A DNA stretch of 60,611 nucleotides, counting the filler, from Perkinsus olseni (lineage: Eukaryota): NCBI GenBank assembly GCA_013115125.1. It is 7 parts of 7 records of this genome, joined end to end, with 100 filler letters (N's around TTAATTAATTAA, not from the genome) between each part and the next. Parts side by side here need not be neighbours in the genome. Positions count along the whole stretch, not along the records: positions 43,424 to 51,984 come from JABANN010000963.1; positions 52,085 to 60,611 come from JABANN010000965.1; 5 more parts are not named here. One strand, given 5' to 3'. The notes beneath the pieces are model-generated. The model made no database searches. It saw only the letters and a program-made list of their open reading frames with translations, and was not told the DNA's origin. The position numbers and the translations under genes are program-made. Of this stretch, positions 50,601-60,611 are shown piece after piece. Every line of letters begins with the position of its first letter. The first letter of the stretch is position 1.

Positions 50601-52156
50601 TTGGCTGGAATGATATTCAACAGGTGTAATGAACGATGTGAGTTGTCCCTCTCAGTGAAGTGCCTCGGTGTTTTTCTAGTAAGACGGAGAATCGGTGGTG
50701 GATCGATTTCAACCAGGCATTCCACGAACGCAACAGCATCATAGGCTTACTCGTCCCCGGCAAGCTGCAATAAGTGACAGGATCTGCGTCACATCTGATA
50801 GTCACATCTGAGAGCCTCGCATACTATCTGATACGCTCCACGCCTCTCTGACGTGTCATAATCCAACTTCACGGCCCCGGATAGTATCATTCACGTAGCA
50901 GTCGACTACTTATGAAGGGGGCTGGCCAACATAAGCAGAGGCGACCGTTGCTTTCAGTGAGGTATAGTGATCGTCCAAAGCCTTCCATTAAGGTGAAATC
51001 TCATGTGTGATGCCAGACTCAAATCCAATATGATAACGGAGTTGGGATGCTATGACATCCTCCTGTCTGCTACATTGAATACGAAGTTCCTCGTGATTCC
51101 CGACGGATAAACCCGCACCATGTAGATGCTACATTGTAACACCATCACCGCTATTATGAACGGAGAGACGAGCATGTTAGGGATCGATCCGTGAAACCTA
51201 GCGAAGTTCTTTCTTTGTGAGATCTGCCAGCAAAAGATGAAGGGGCCACATGTGACACGTATCGGAGGAATAGAGTGGGAGGGCGATCGAAGGGTGGGAG
51301 GGCGAGCGAAGAGTGATCGAGCACAAATTCGGAATTCCACCCAAACCTACCCCAACTTAAGCCTACTAATGCGAGCTCTCATCGTCCTCGCCGTTGGGCT
51401 AGGACGCAGCGTGTGTACCGGTAGGGCAGCGTACGCCTGGGGGAAAGTCAAATCTCTGCTCGGATATATGCGGGTGAGAAACGGGAATGGGGAAAAGCGG
51501 AAGTAAACGATAAGTCCCCGCGAAATTGGCATGCCCATGATGCACCAGGGTGTTATGGAGCTGCTTAATGTACACATGAGAGTGCTCGGAGGGTCGAGCT
51601 AGGTGCCAGATAAACGTATTGTCTTCTCAGGGCGGGGAAGCTACTTCACGAGCACAACTGGAGCAAGCAGGGGATGTGGTAGGGCGTGCCAAACCTCTGG
51701 CTGTTCGTATATCCTCATCCTTTCGGGAAGATTGCTACCTCAAGTACACCTGCCCGTTAGGCTCGCCGAATGAGAATGCTGACCATGTAGGCACTGTCTC
51801 ATCGGTCTCTTTTCTCTATCCCGCCAAACATTTCAGGGCGGTATCGTCGCTCATGCCAAGGCCCTGGTCAACCGTGAAGACCTTTCTATGGTTGAATATT
51901 CTCTGGATTACATCTACAGGGTGTTCCAATTCGATATGCAAATCACAAAAATCAGTCTAATTCAGCACATACTACGTGTTTGAGNNNNNNNNNNNNNNNN
52001 NNNNNNNNNNNNNNNNNNNNNNNNNNNNTTAATTAATTAANNNNNNNNNNNNNNNNNNNNNNNNNNNNNNNNNNNNNNNNNNNNTAGATCACTTAAGCCT
52101 AGCAGTAGACAATATCACAATACATTGCGTGGCGAGCGACAGCCGACACGACAACA

Positions 52157-53905
52157 CACACAATCCCTGCTCTTAAGCTTGATGTTCAGCTAGCTGTTAA
52201 ACTTTGCTGTGTTTTTTGGTTGTATTAAATTACTGATAAACTATCTACTGTTGTGTTAACTATGGCTCCTAAGACCAAGGCCAATCATGGTGCATCATCC
52301 GTCTCTACTGCGAATGCTACGGTTGTATTACAAGCAAATCCAGCTAAACGAGTTCGTGATGCTTTATCCTCTATCCAGGAAAATGGTCCAACAGACTTGG
52401 ATAGCCAGTGGGGGCATCTGCAGAGTGAGTCTACATATAGACAGTTGCTCGCAGTTGTAGGAATTGCGTCGAGTTCCTCAGCCATATGTTTTCAGAAGGG
52501 GAATGGGACGTTTCAGTAATATACAGTTAGATTTTACTTGATCGATGGAGGCTTATTATAAACCTACGGATACCCATTGCCCGGGTGGTATGAAGCATCT
52601 TTTGGTTATAATAGATGAGGGATCGAGAGCTATGTTGGTTCTGCCTACATGCAGCACATCAGCCTTAGACGTGATAATGGGATTGCTGGTCTGGTTCCAA
52701 GTTTATGGTATCCCTCATAGGATACAACTTGATCAAGCAGGAGCTCATGTCAGTGAAGAGTTATCTACGTTTGCTGCAACTTGGGGGATTATTCTATCAT
52801 ACGGAATACCCCGGCGGCCCGAAACGCAGGGACTTGTAGAAGTGCAATACGTGCCATGAAAGAGACTGTTACCGCTAATCTTGCCACTTCGATTTCAAGT
52901 CCCTGGTATATATCTGGTTTGTTGAGCGGCCTAGTTCATAATCAATCAACTCTGATTGGGAGTCGTTTCTCGCCACATACTCTTACCATGGGGTTGGATT
53001 TGGACATGGACGTGCCTCCACTAGTGGTTGGTGAAGCATTGAAGCAAAGGTATCTGGAGTACAGGCAAAGGCGGGATGAGAGAGCAGCAAATGCAGAGAT
53101 CCGAGATGTCCTTCAAAAAGCCCCTAGGTTTCAATTTCATCCTGATGATGAAGTCCGCCTTGTTCGGCGTATAGATAATAAACGCGTCATTCAGGGCCCG
53201 TTTACTATAGAAGCAGTTCACCCTGATAATAGATACTTGTATAAGCTTTATGGTAAGCCTAACTATGTATCCGTTGGTCAGCTCCTGCCATTTCGTGAAG
53301 ATGTGTTCATGAAAGAGTTTGATTATGCGGTGCAACCTCACCAAGCCTTATTGGCAAGGATTACTACATCCAAAGTAACTGGCGGGGTCCCTTTTCCAGA
53401 AATAAGACCCGGCCAGTGGATCTTTGTGATACGGGAAGCGGCAGATTTTGATAAGCTGGCTCCTTCACATCAATTGTCATTAAGCCTTGTTGAAAAGGTC
53501 GAAGGCAATAGCCTTACAGTCCTTGGTTTGGATAGGTGTAGGGATGGTTCGTGGAAACCACCAAAGACTGCAGCTGAGAGGAACTCTGCTAGGTTTTCTA
53601 TAGGTCCTGACGACATCTTTGGAGATGCTTTCACGTGCACTGCACATAAGAGGATTCCAAAGCGTGTGAAGGACTGGCTCGAATCTACAGGTGTTTCGTC
53701 GCCTTGATACTGTTTGAGGTGTGCATGTGTATACTCCTGGGGGGGGGGCGTGTACGCGTTTACCGGAGACACCTGCACACAATCCCTGCTCTTAAGCTTG
53801 ATGTTTAGCTAGCTGTTGAACTTTGCTGTGTTTTTTGTTGTATTAAATTACTGATAAACTATCTACTGTTGTGTTAACTATGGCTCCTAAGACCAAGGCC
53901 AATCA
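52157..53905 (+). mobile_element. Internally deleted Ty3/Gypsy LTR retrotransposon (gag start plus integrase only)
   Basis: Direct repeats 52157-52287 and 53776-53905; 3' LTR TG..CA at 53751-53905; PBS TGGTGCATC at 52288; G10 polypurine tract at 53739-53748; integrase YGIPHRIQLDQ...GLVE and GPF motif; frameshifts. Confidence 0.88.
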
Positions 53906-54300
53906 CTCGGGCATTAGTGTAGGTGATGGACACTAAGTCGTTGTAGTCTTCAAGCGTGTGTCTAGTCTCGAGTCGGGAGCTAGAGTCGGGCTGCTAGAGT
54001 GGACTCGGTCTTACGTTATTGATATTGTTGGTGTCATCAGAGTGGCTTTGACTCTTCTGCGGTATCTATCTTATCATTCATCATTTCTACCCTCAGCATA
54101 GAGGGTACCCTCAGCAGTAGGGTATCAATCATACCCTACTCGTACCTCGTCAGAAAAGAGTCTTCAGTTGTCGCAAGTCCCGTCGTAGGTGGTCAATTGA
54201 GTGTTCCTCCAACGCGACATGAAGGGATACACCAGTAACATCAAACATGCAACAATAACATCTTTGACAGCGGTTCGAGTGGAAAAAGGATCCACAGAGC

Positions 54301-55629
54301 TCAGTCGTGTTCTGATCCGATGCAACGCCCAAAAACCTCAGCGACTCCCCTTGAGCGATGAACCCTCTTCTTGCAGCGGGGTGCTCGATGTCTCTTCCAC
54401 GACTCGTCAGAGACAGCTTCCTCAACAACAGTTTTTCTAAGAGTCGTAAGACCTATAGCTCTAGCGCCGAAATCGACGTGCAGACGATACTGTACGAAGA
54501 AGGGTCTGCCGGGGACGAAGTCGTTCTGAGACTTACCTGCGTCGATAACCATAAGTCTACACCAGCCACCCGTACATACCCGTACGTGTCTGGTCAAGGG
54601 AACCTCAAAGGTAAATGCATCGTCAACTTTAATCACTATCACCGGCAGGTGTCTGATAACCCTTTTGCGCGACCAAATCCGACCATTAGCGTCGGCAAAC
54701 GCAGTCAATCTTTTATCCTTTTTGGAGTTGAACCTGAGCATTTTGCTACCATCGACGCGGTCCAGACCAAACTCCGCTTCAATAGCCTCCCATATCATCG
54801 AGAATACTGGTCGGGGTAGGGTGGTAAGATCATCGCCGCTATCGAAGGCCAGAGGAAGTTCCCCTTTGGCATTTCCGGGGGGGAACGAATTTTGCTCGAG
54901 CGTCGGTCCCATCAGTCGACTCTTGGTTGAAGAACCCCTCACCCAGACCGCTGATGCAAGTATCGCTACCATTTGTTCGGCCCACACCGGTTTCACGAGA
55001 GGGAACAGAGTGGTACCTTCTGTCCGCTCCAAGGGTTGGCCAAGCACTAAGCGTCCATTCATACCGACGGAAAACTTGAACACGTGGATGGAGACAGTAG
55101 GCTGAGGGATCTCTCCGGCATCCACAAGCTGTTTGATGAACGAAGGGGTCTTAACTTGAGCATGGGGTTCCTGCGGTAGAGAGAAGCTGAGGCCTAGCAG
55201 AGCGTAGGGTTGTATGTCTTTGTCTACGCGTGAGCAGCCGACCATCAGGCCGATTTGGAATTTGCTGATCTTGCGCTCACCGAAGTTGATCGTCACGTTC
55301 CGATTCACGTAGCTCACGACATCCCCGTCAATGTACTCGAGCTTCTCTACCCTCTGAGCAAGCAACCCGTCAAGGTCACACGGGTCGGTTGGAGGGCAGA
55401 AGTAGCAACCCGAGATGAGGTACTTGCAGGAGCCACGGCCGTAGAGACTTTCATACCAACCACCGTATACTAGGTACGTTATATGACTACCAGTGTCGAC
55501 ATTTCAATTGATCAGGTGCCCATCGAAGCTCATTTTCACTCTGTTGCCCTTCATTGGCAACGACAGTGGCACAGAAGAGGAAGCCAACTCCCACAGTACA
55601 GCCGAGTGGATGAGAACCGTTATGAGCAT
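54301..55629 (-). pseudogene. Secreted pepsin-like (A1) aspartic protease with a premature TGA
   Basis: Signal peptide MLITVLIHSAVLWELASS; VDTGS and FDSGD catalytic motifs; GRPFFVQY..HVDF; TGA at 55504-55506. Confidence 0.85.
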
Positions 55630-58600
55630 TGAAAGTGGGGAAAACCGGAGGTAACTCAACTGTAGAGCCTATAGTGTATGCTGCTACGCCTGTCGTACCC
55701 ACTATATTCGACTGCACCTTCCCTACTTGTGGGAAGATCTCTGACAATTGCTCGAGCGCGCCACTCAACTCCAGACGGATCCGCTAACTCATCAACAGCA
55801 AGTTGATACTTTTTTTGCTAACTGTCGATTTCAGCAGTCTGCTGACAGCAGAATAATTTTACCCCCCATTAACCTCTCTCCAGTCAGTACAAACTCACTT
55901 TTTGATAGCGACGTCATTCTTCTTGCATGGAGATTCTTCAATAAAGAATCTTCATGCTCTTGAAGGTCGCATCTTCCCCAATGGGGGAGATGCGGCCTTT
56001 ATCGATCTTCAACAGACAACCCAGTCGTATCGCTCGCTTCGATCCTGAAATTGGATCAGAAGGGACCGTAGTGAGTGGATGGCTTGATTGATCAATGAAA
56101 AATGTGATTTAGTATGTTACACGAACACGAACATCACTATGGGTCGAAGGAGACTGCAGTCTTACACTTCCAGAAGGGGAAGTGCCTCCATCTCTTGAAC
56201 TCGTCAGTACGTCTCGAGGTGGATAGGGGTTCCAACTTAGAACTTTCAAGGAAAGCGAAAGCCCTGAGCTTGCAGGGCGATTGCTCAAAGGACCCACGGA
56301 GATTAGCGTTTTGGCTGAAATCTTCAAAGCTGCTTCGTGACGTCGGTGGTGGTTCTTCGGGGTCATCCGGTCGACGTCTGTTGGCGACTGCGTGCCCTGG
56401 TTCATCGTACGGTACGATTCGTACCTGCACGTCAGGCATTAACGCAGGTTGCGTTACACAGTGGAGAGGCGCCGGCTTATGGTGGAGGGTCGCCAACTGG
56501 ATAGTCACGAGGGTTAGCGGCGGCCACGGGAGGGGAGGCCCTAGCAAGGTTACATCGCAGCGTATGTAGCAAGAATGGAAGGTCTCTTCTGAAGAGACTC
56601 TTCATCGCTCACCTAAATTCCTCCAATGTGCTGGGTCGAATGCGTGTGTCGGAGAGCATGATCTGTTGCCGTTGTGATTTACCCTATCTCCGTAGATTGG
56701 CACTCTTCCACATGGAAGTTTGAAGAATGACCTCGACTTCCTCCAAGATTTCATTGGTCTTCAGTTATATGATGCCATCGATTATATTTCCTACTAGGAA
56801 ATATTGAAGGAAATACTAGGAAATTCCTAGAGCTTTGTTGAACACGTGGGCCTGATGTTTCCTCTCAAACGTCACTTTCAATTCAACCAGCACAACCGCT
56901 GTGTACTTCAATCAAGACCGCCTTCCAGTACGGCGCATGCCTTTCGAAGGTCGCCACAACTCCTCCTCCTGGTGGACCGCGTTGGCTGAGGTCACTCAAT
57001 GCGACAGGCTCTAGCTTACCAAAGCGGTAATCTCCGGCCAATGGCTTATCGAATCGGAAAGTTTCCGACGGAAACCTTCCGCCGGCGTATCGGGCTGGGA
57101 GCGTCGCGGTGGCTCTGGGTAAGTCAAGGTGTACTACACCTTGACAAGCCTAGTAGACCTACACGGTCTACTAGACCGTAGACCCTGCATCGCTCCCTGT
57201 CCGACAGGGCCTGTCGTATTGTTGTAGGCGCCTCACGTACGCTTCACGTTCAAATGTCTGCCTGGCGCCACTCAGCAACCTTGCGTAAGTCTGGACTACG
57301 AGCGAGTCTAGGCCGGTCTCCAATTCCGGTCCAGACTGGGCGACCACGCACGGTGTACCGGGTCGTTGCACGAAGAAGCAACACCACAACCGCTAGCCCG
57401 TGTTCTAACCCGGACTTCGAATACTGAGGAGGTGCCCCGTCGGCATTACGAGCCTATTGTCGCCTTCAGTGTGTGGCTTAGATGGCCTCCGAAGGAGGTC
57501 GTCGTAGCACCTAAGCCAGCTTGCCCAACCAGATGGGCTCCTGGTGACGGTGACGTAAGCCCAGACTCCCTCAGCACATTGCGGTTAGGTACGAGTGCTT
57601 CGGCGTCCCCATCCCGCTGCTTGCTCACCGACTGAGCAAGCAGCTTATCGGAGTAATGACAGTAATACTCGTGCTTCCCAAAGAATTAAGCTTCTACCAG
57701 CGGTTGGTTGAGCCAACCAGAGTCTGGCTACCAGACAAGTGATATGTCAATCACCAGGAAGTTGTTGGTCATCCGGGAAGGGCGGTACCAACTTGCCTAT
57801 TGTGAAAAGACAGGCTGAATAGGAACATAACACACGGTTTCTGCCATCTGTAATCCCATCTTTGACCTATGGTCTTTGCATCATAAACGATTTAGCTTAG
57901 CTTCAGCGTAGCTTCTCATCGGAGCAAAGATAGGATCAGCGTCGCTGATTCAGTGATATGAACACTAAAGTGTCCTTGAAGGGCACGCCACCGTATGTCC
58001 TCGAGAAGCATTCTTATCAGAGGCAGTCCCCCATCCAGGATGGGCCATCCTGGTCATAGAAGAACATCGAGTGAGCGGGGATTCACAACTGTCGATCACG
58101 AAAACTCAATTACGCCCCGCTCAAGTTCTAGATTATCAGTCAAATGGCCAACCCTCACTGAGGTTACCTGAGGCATGAGACTTTCCCAAGTTGTTTAAGT
58201 CCACAAAGTTCTCGTAGACCTGCGGCTTACGTCCACGCCGAGCACTCAGTCACTCGGTGATGGAATAGTACTCAACGAATACCGGTGTCTGCTTGACGGG
58301 GAAGCGATGGCGGGGTTTCTCTACTCTCGCTCTCGTACTATGCTGAACAGCCTGTCCTCGTTTGGAACGAGAGAGGTCCGGGGATTAATGACAACGTCTG
58401 AGGACACTCGCATAGTGTGGGCTCATCGACACTTCAACAGGAGTAGTGTAGATGGAAGCTCCGAACTTATTCGAGTCGAATAAGTGACGGAATTGATATT
58501 CTCGAGCGCTCAATAGGCGACGCCCATAAATCGGAAAGAGAGACAGCCACTCCGCGCGGGGAGCATATGGCCGACACAGATGAACTCAAGAATCTTGACT

Positions 58601-58746
58601 AAGGTCTTATCGGGCAGAATAATGGTCGCGATCGCAATATAGTGTCCTCCTCGTTCAGGCATTGTGTCTGTCCGAGGCCTTCTATCTTCGCATAAATGTT
58701 GCAACAGCTAGAGCTGCGTGCCAGTGGGATGCTCACGACTCACAAA

Positions 58747-59340
58747 CGGTTCATGATAAACCGAGTTCTCGTACATTTTCGAATACTCGTATACCTTGGC
58801 CTCGTACACGGAATGCCCGTACACCGAATACTCGTACACGAAATACTCATACACCGGAAACTTGTACATGTAACACTCGTCCACCGGACCATAATAATCC
58901 ACGCGCATAATACTCGTGCACTCTCAGCTCGTACACCGGCATTCCGTACACTCTCCTCCCGTACACTGTGTACGGTACACACATTAGCACGAATTCTCCA
59001 CAAACGATACTGCCTCTTTCGCTTCGCCATTCCTCGCAGCGAACGGCTCAAGAATGCTACTCGGCCGCATTGTATGCGTGAATTACTTGTGTACGGATTG
59101 ATAGGGTACCAGGTCGATGTGAATGACTCGCACGGGTATTATGTATACAAGTAATACTCGTATACATAATACTGAGTTATTAACAATACTCGTCGAGTAT
59201 TGTCCGTCAGGTATCATGTGTACGAGCCTCAAGTGTACGAAATGACGATGTGTGGATCCCAGAGGAGTACAACTACTCGTATTCAGACTGGATAATTCAG
59301 TCTAAGAATCATGTACGAGTTTTCGATATACCATGTTCAT
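58747..59340. mobile_element. Second element with inverted 15-bp-period TGTACG arrays
   Basis: CTCGTACAC units on + at 58765-58980 and TGTACGAG units at 59070-59330; ends are imperfect 30-bp inverted repeats; left end CGGTT matches the terminus of the contig-1 element; no TSD found. Confidence 0.6.
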
Positions 59341-59577
59341 ACTGCTGATGCTGCTACCAGCATCTACAAGGCCGTGATGATCACGGCGTGATCGACATAA
59401 AGCTGTCGGAGCTTTATTCTGTGTCTCAACAAGTGTGCTTTGATATCTTCTGGCATGAAGCTAATGGTCCACCATTACGTGTTACTGAGGTAACCTCAGT
59501 AACACGAGTGAGGTAACCTCAGTGAGGTTGTTAGCGTAATTATACTTCCTTTGACTCTTATGTAGTATTCACCTTTA

Positions 59578-60611
59578 TTACCACTTTGAGCTTCTGCGGC
59601 AGGCAGAAGTTCTGCCTGCCTCGACGACAAAGAGTGATGAGTTGCCCACAAAGGTTCTGCCATAGGTTCTGCTTGATTCCTCAAACGCGACATGCAGAGA
59701 TACACCAACATCATCTGGTATGCAGCATGAACACATCGACAGTAGTACAGAGTGGAAGAAGCAGCCACAGAGCTCAGTCGTGTTCTGGTCTCCCGATGCA
59801 ACGCCCGAAAACCCAAGCAACTCCCCTTGAGCGTTGAACCCTTCTCTTGCAGCGAGGTGCTCGATTTTTTTGCCATGACTCGTGAGACACAAATTTCTTA
59901 ACAGCAGTTCCTTCAGTCTGAAGGCTTCAGATGTTGTAAGAGTCTTACAGTATCGGTCTGTCGGTCTGACCGACAACTCTAGTGCGAAAATCGACGTGCA
60001 GACGATACTGTGCGAAGAAGGGTCTGCCGAGAACGAATGCGTTCGGATACTTACTTGCTTCAACGACCCAGAGTCTACACCAGCTACCCTCACATACTCG
60101 CACATGTCTGGTCAAGGGCACCTCTAAGTTGAATGCATCGTCAACTTTAATGACTATGACACGCAGGTGTCGGATGGCCCTTTTTCGCTACCAAATCCAA
60201 CCCTTAGCGTCGATATACGCAGTCAATCTCCGATCCTTTTCAGAGTGAACCCTGAGCGTCCTGCTACCATCGACGTGGTCCGGACCGAACTCGACTTCAA
60301 TAGCCTCCCATACCATCGAAAATACTGCTTGAGGTAGGGTGGTAACATCAGCACCGCTATCGAAGGCTATAGGAAATCCCCCTGTGGCATTCCCCGGCGG
60401 GAAAGAACTTCTCTCCAGCGTAGCTTTCACGGCTCGACTGTTGGCTGAAGAACCCCTAATGGAGACAACGGGTTCCCGTGAATGGAGACAGTGAGCTGAG
60501 GGATCTCTCCGGCCTCCACGAGCTGTTTGAGGAACGAGGGGGTCTTAACTTGAGCATGGGGTTCCTGCGGTAGAGAGAAGCTGAGGCCTAGCAGAGCGTA
60601 GGGTTGTATGT
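59578..60611 (-). pseudogene. Second pepsin-like aspartic protease copy, partial, with deletion and frameshifts
   Basis: Colinear with 54200-55215 (IAFDSGADVTTLP); internal deletion near 60470-60480; runs off the window end. Confidence 0.85.

Noticed and set aside
49741-55506. TGA recoding (Sec/Trp) suggested by in-frame TGAs
   Set aside because: TGA terminates intact genes here (e.g. 34084-34086), paralog 2 also has a frameshift, and no SECIS was seen.
56100-58700. Gene or retroelement in this interval
   Set aside because: Only short interrupted ORFs with no recognisable motif; probably decayed repeat, cannot be supported.
1-60611. Perkinsid spliced-leader RNA gene or relic
   Set aside because: No ACCGTAGCCAT...GGCTCAAG-like match noticed by eye; a motif search would be needed to exclude it.

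Overview
Eukaryotic protist DNA, most likely a perkinsid alveolate (Perkinsus-like; inferred from short GT-AG introns and the gene families present). The window is not one locus. It is seven unrelated ~8.5-8.6 kb contigs joined in descending size order by artificial 100-bp N44-TTAATTAATTAA-N44 linkers. Contig 1 (1-8594): duplicated pair of secreted Pro/Asp/Ser-repeat genes, interrupted by a decayed gag-protease retroelement that itself contains a 1.1-kb TSD-flanked DNA element with inverted 15-bp-period arrays. Contig 2: tRNA-Arg(CCG) and hypothetical genes. Contig 3: a WD40-like gene and three tandem GNAT acetyltransferases with probable signal peptides. Contig 4: two amino-acid transporters plus a pseudogene. 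Contig 5: RAP/helical-repeat protein, a ~74-aa PDCD4/SERBP1-motif micro-protein, and the 3' half of FPP synthase. Contig 6: an FPYLY-repeat protein, a possible PAXX/XLF-like gene and a paralogous pair of unknown genes. Contig 7: an internally deleted Gypsy LTR element, two pepsin-like protease pseudogenes and a second 15-bp-array element. Most interesting: the 15-bp-array elements, the stand-alone ribosome-binding-motif micro-protein, the FPYLY repeat protein and the secreted GNAT array. All exon models were built by eye.
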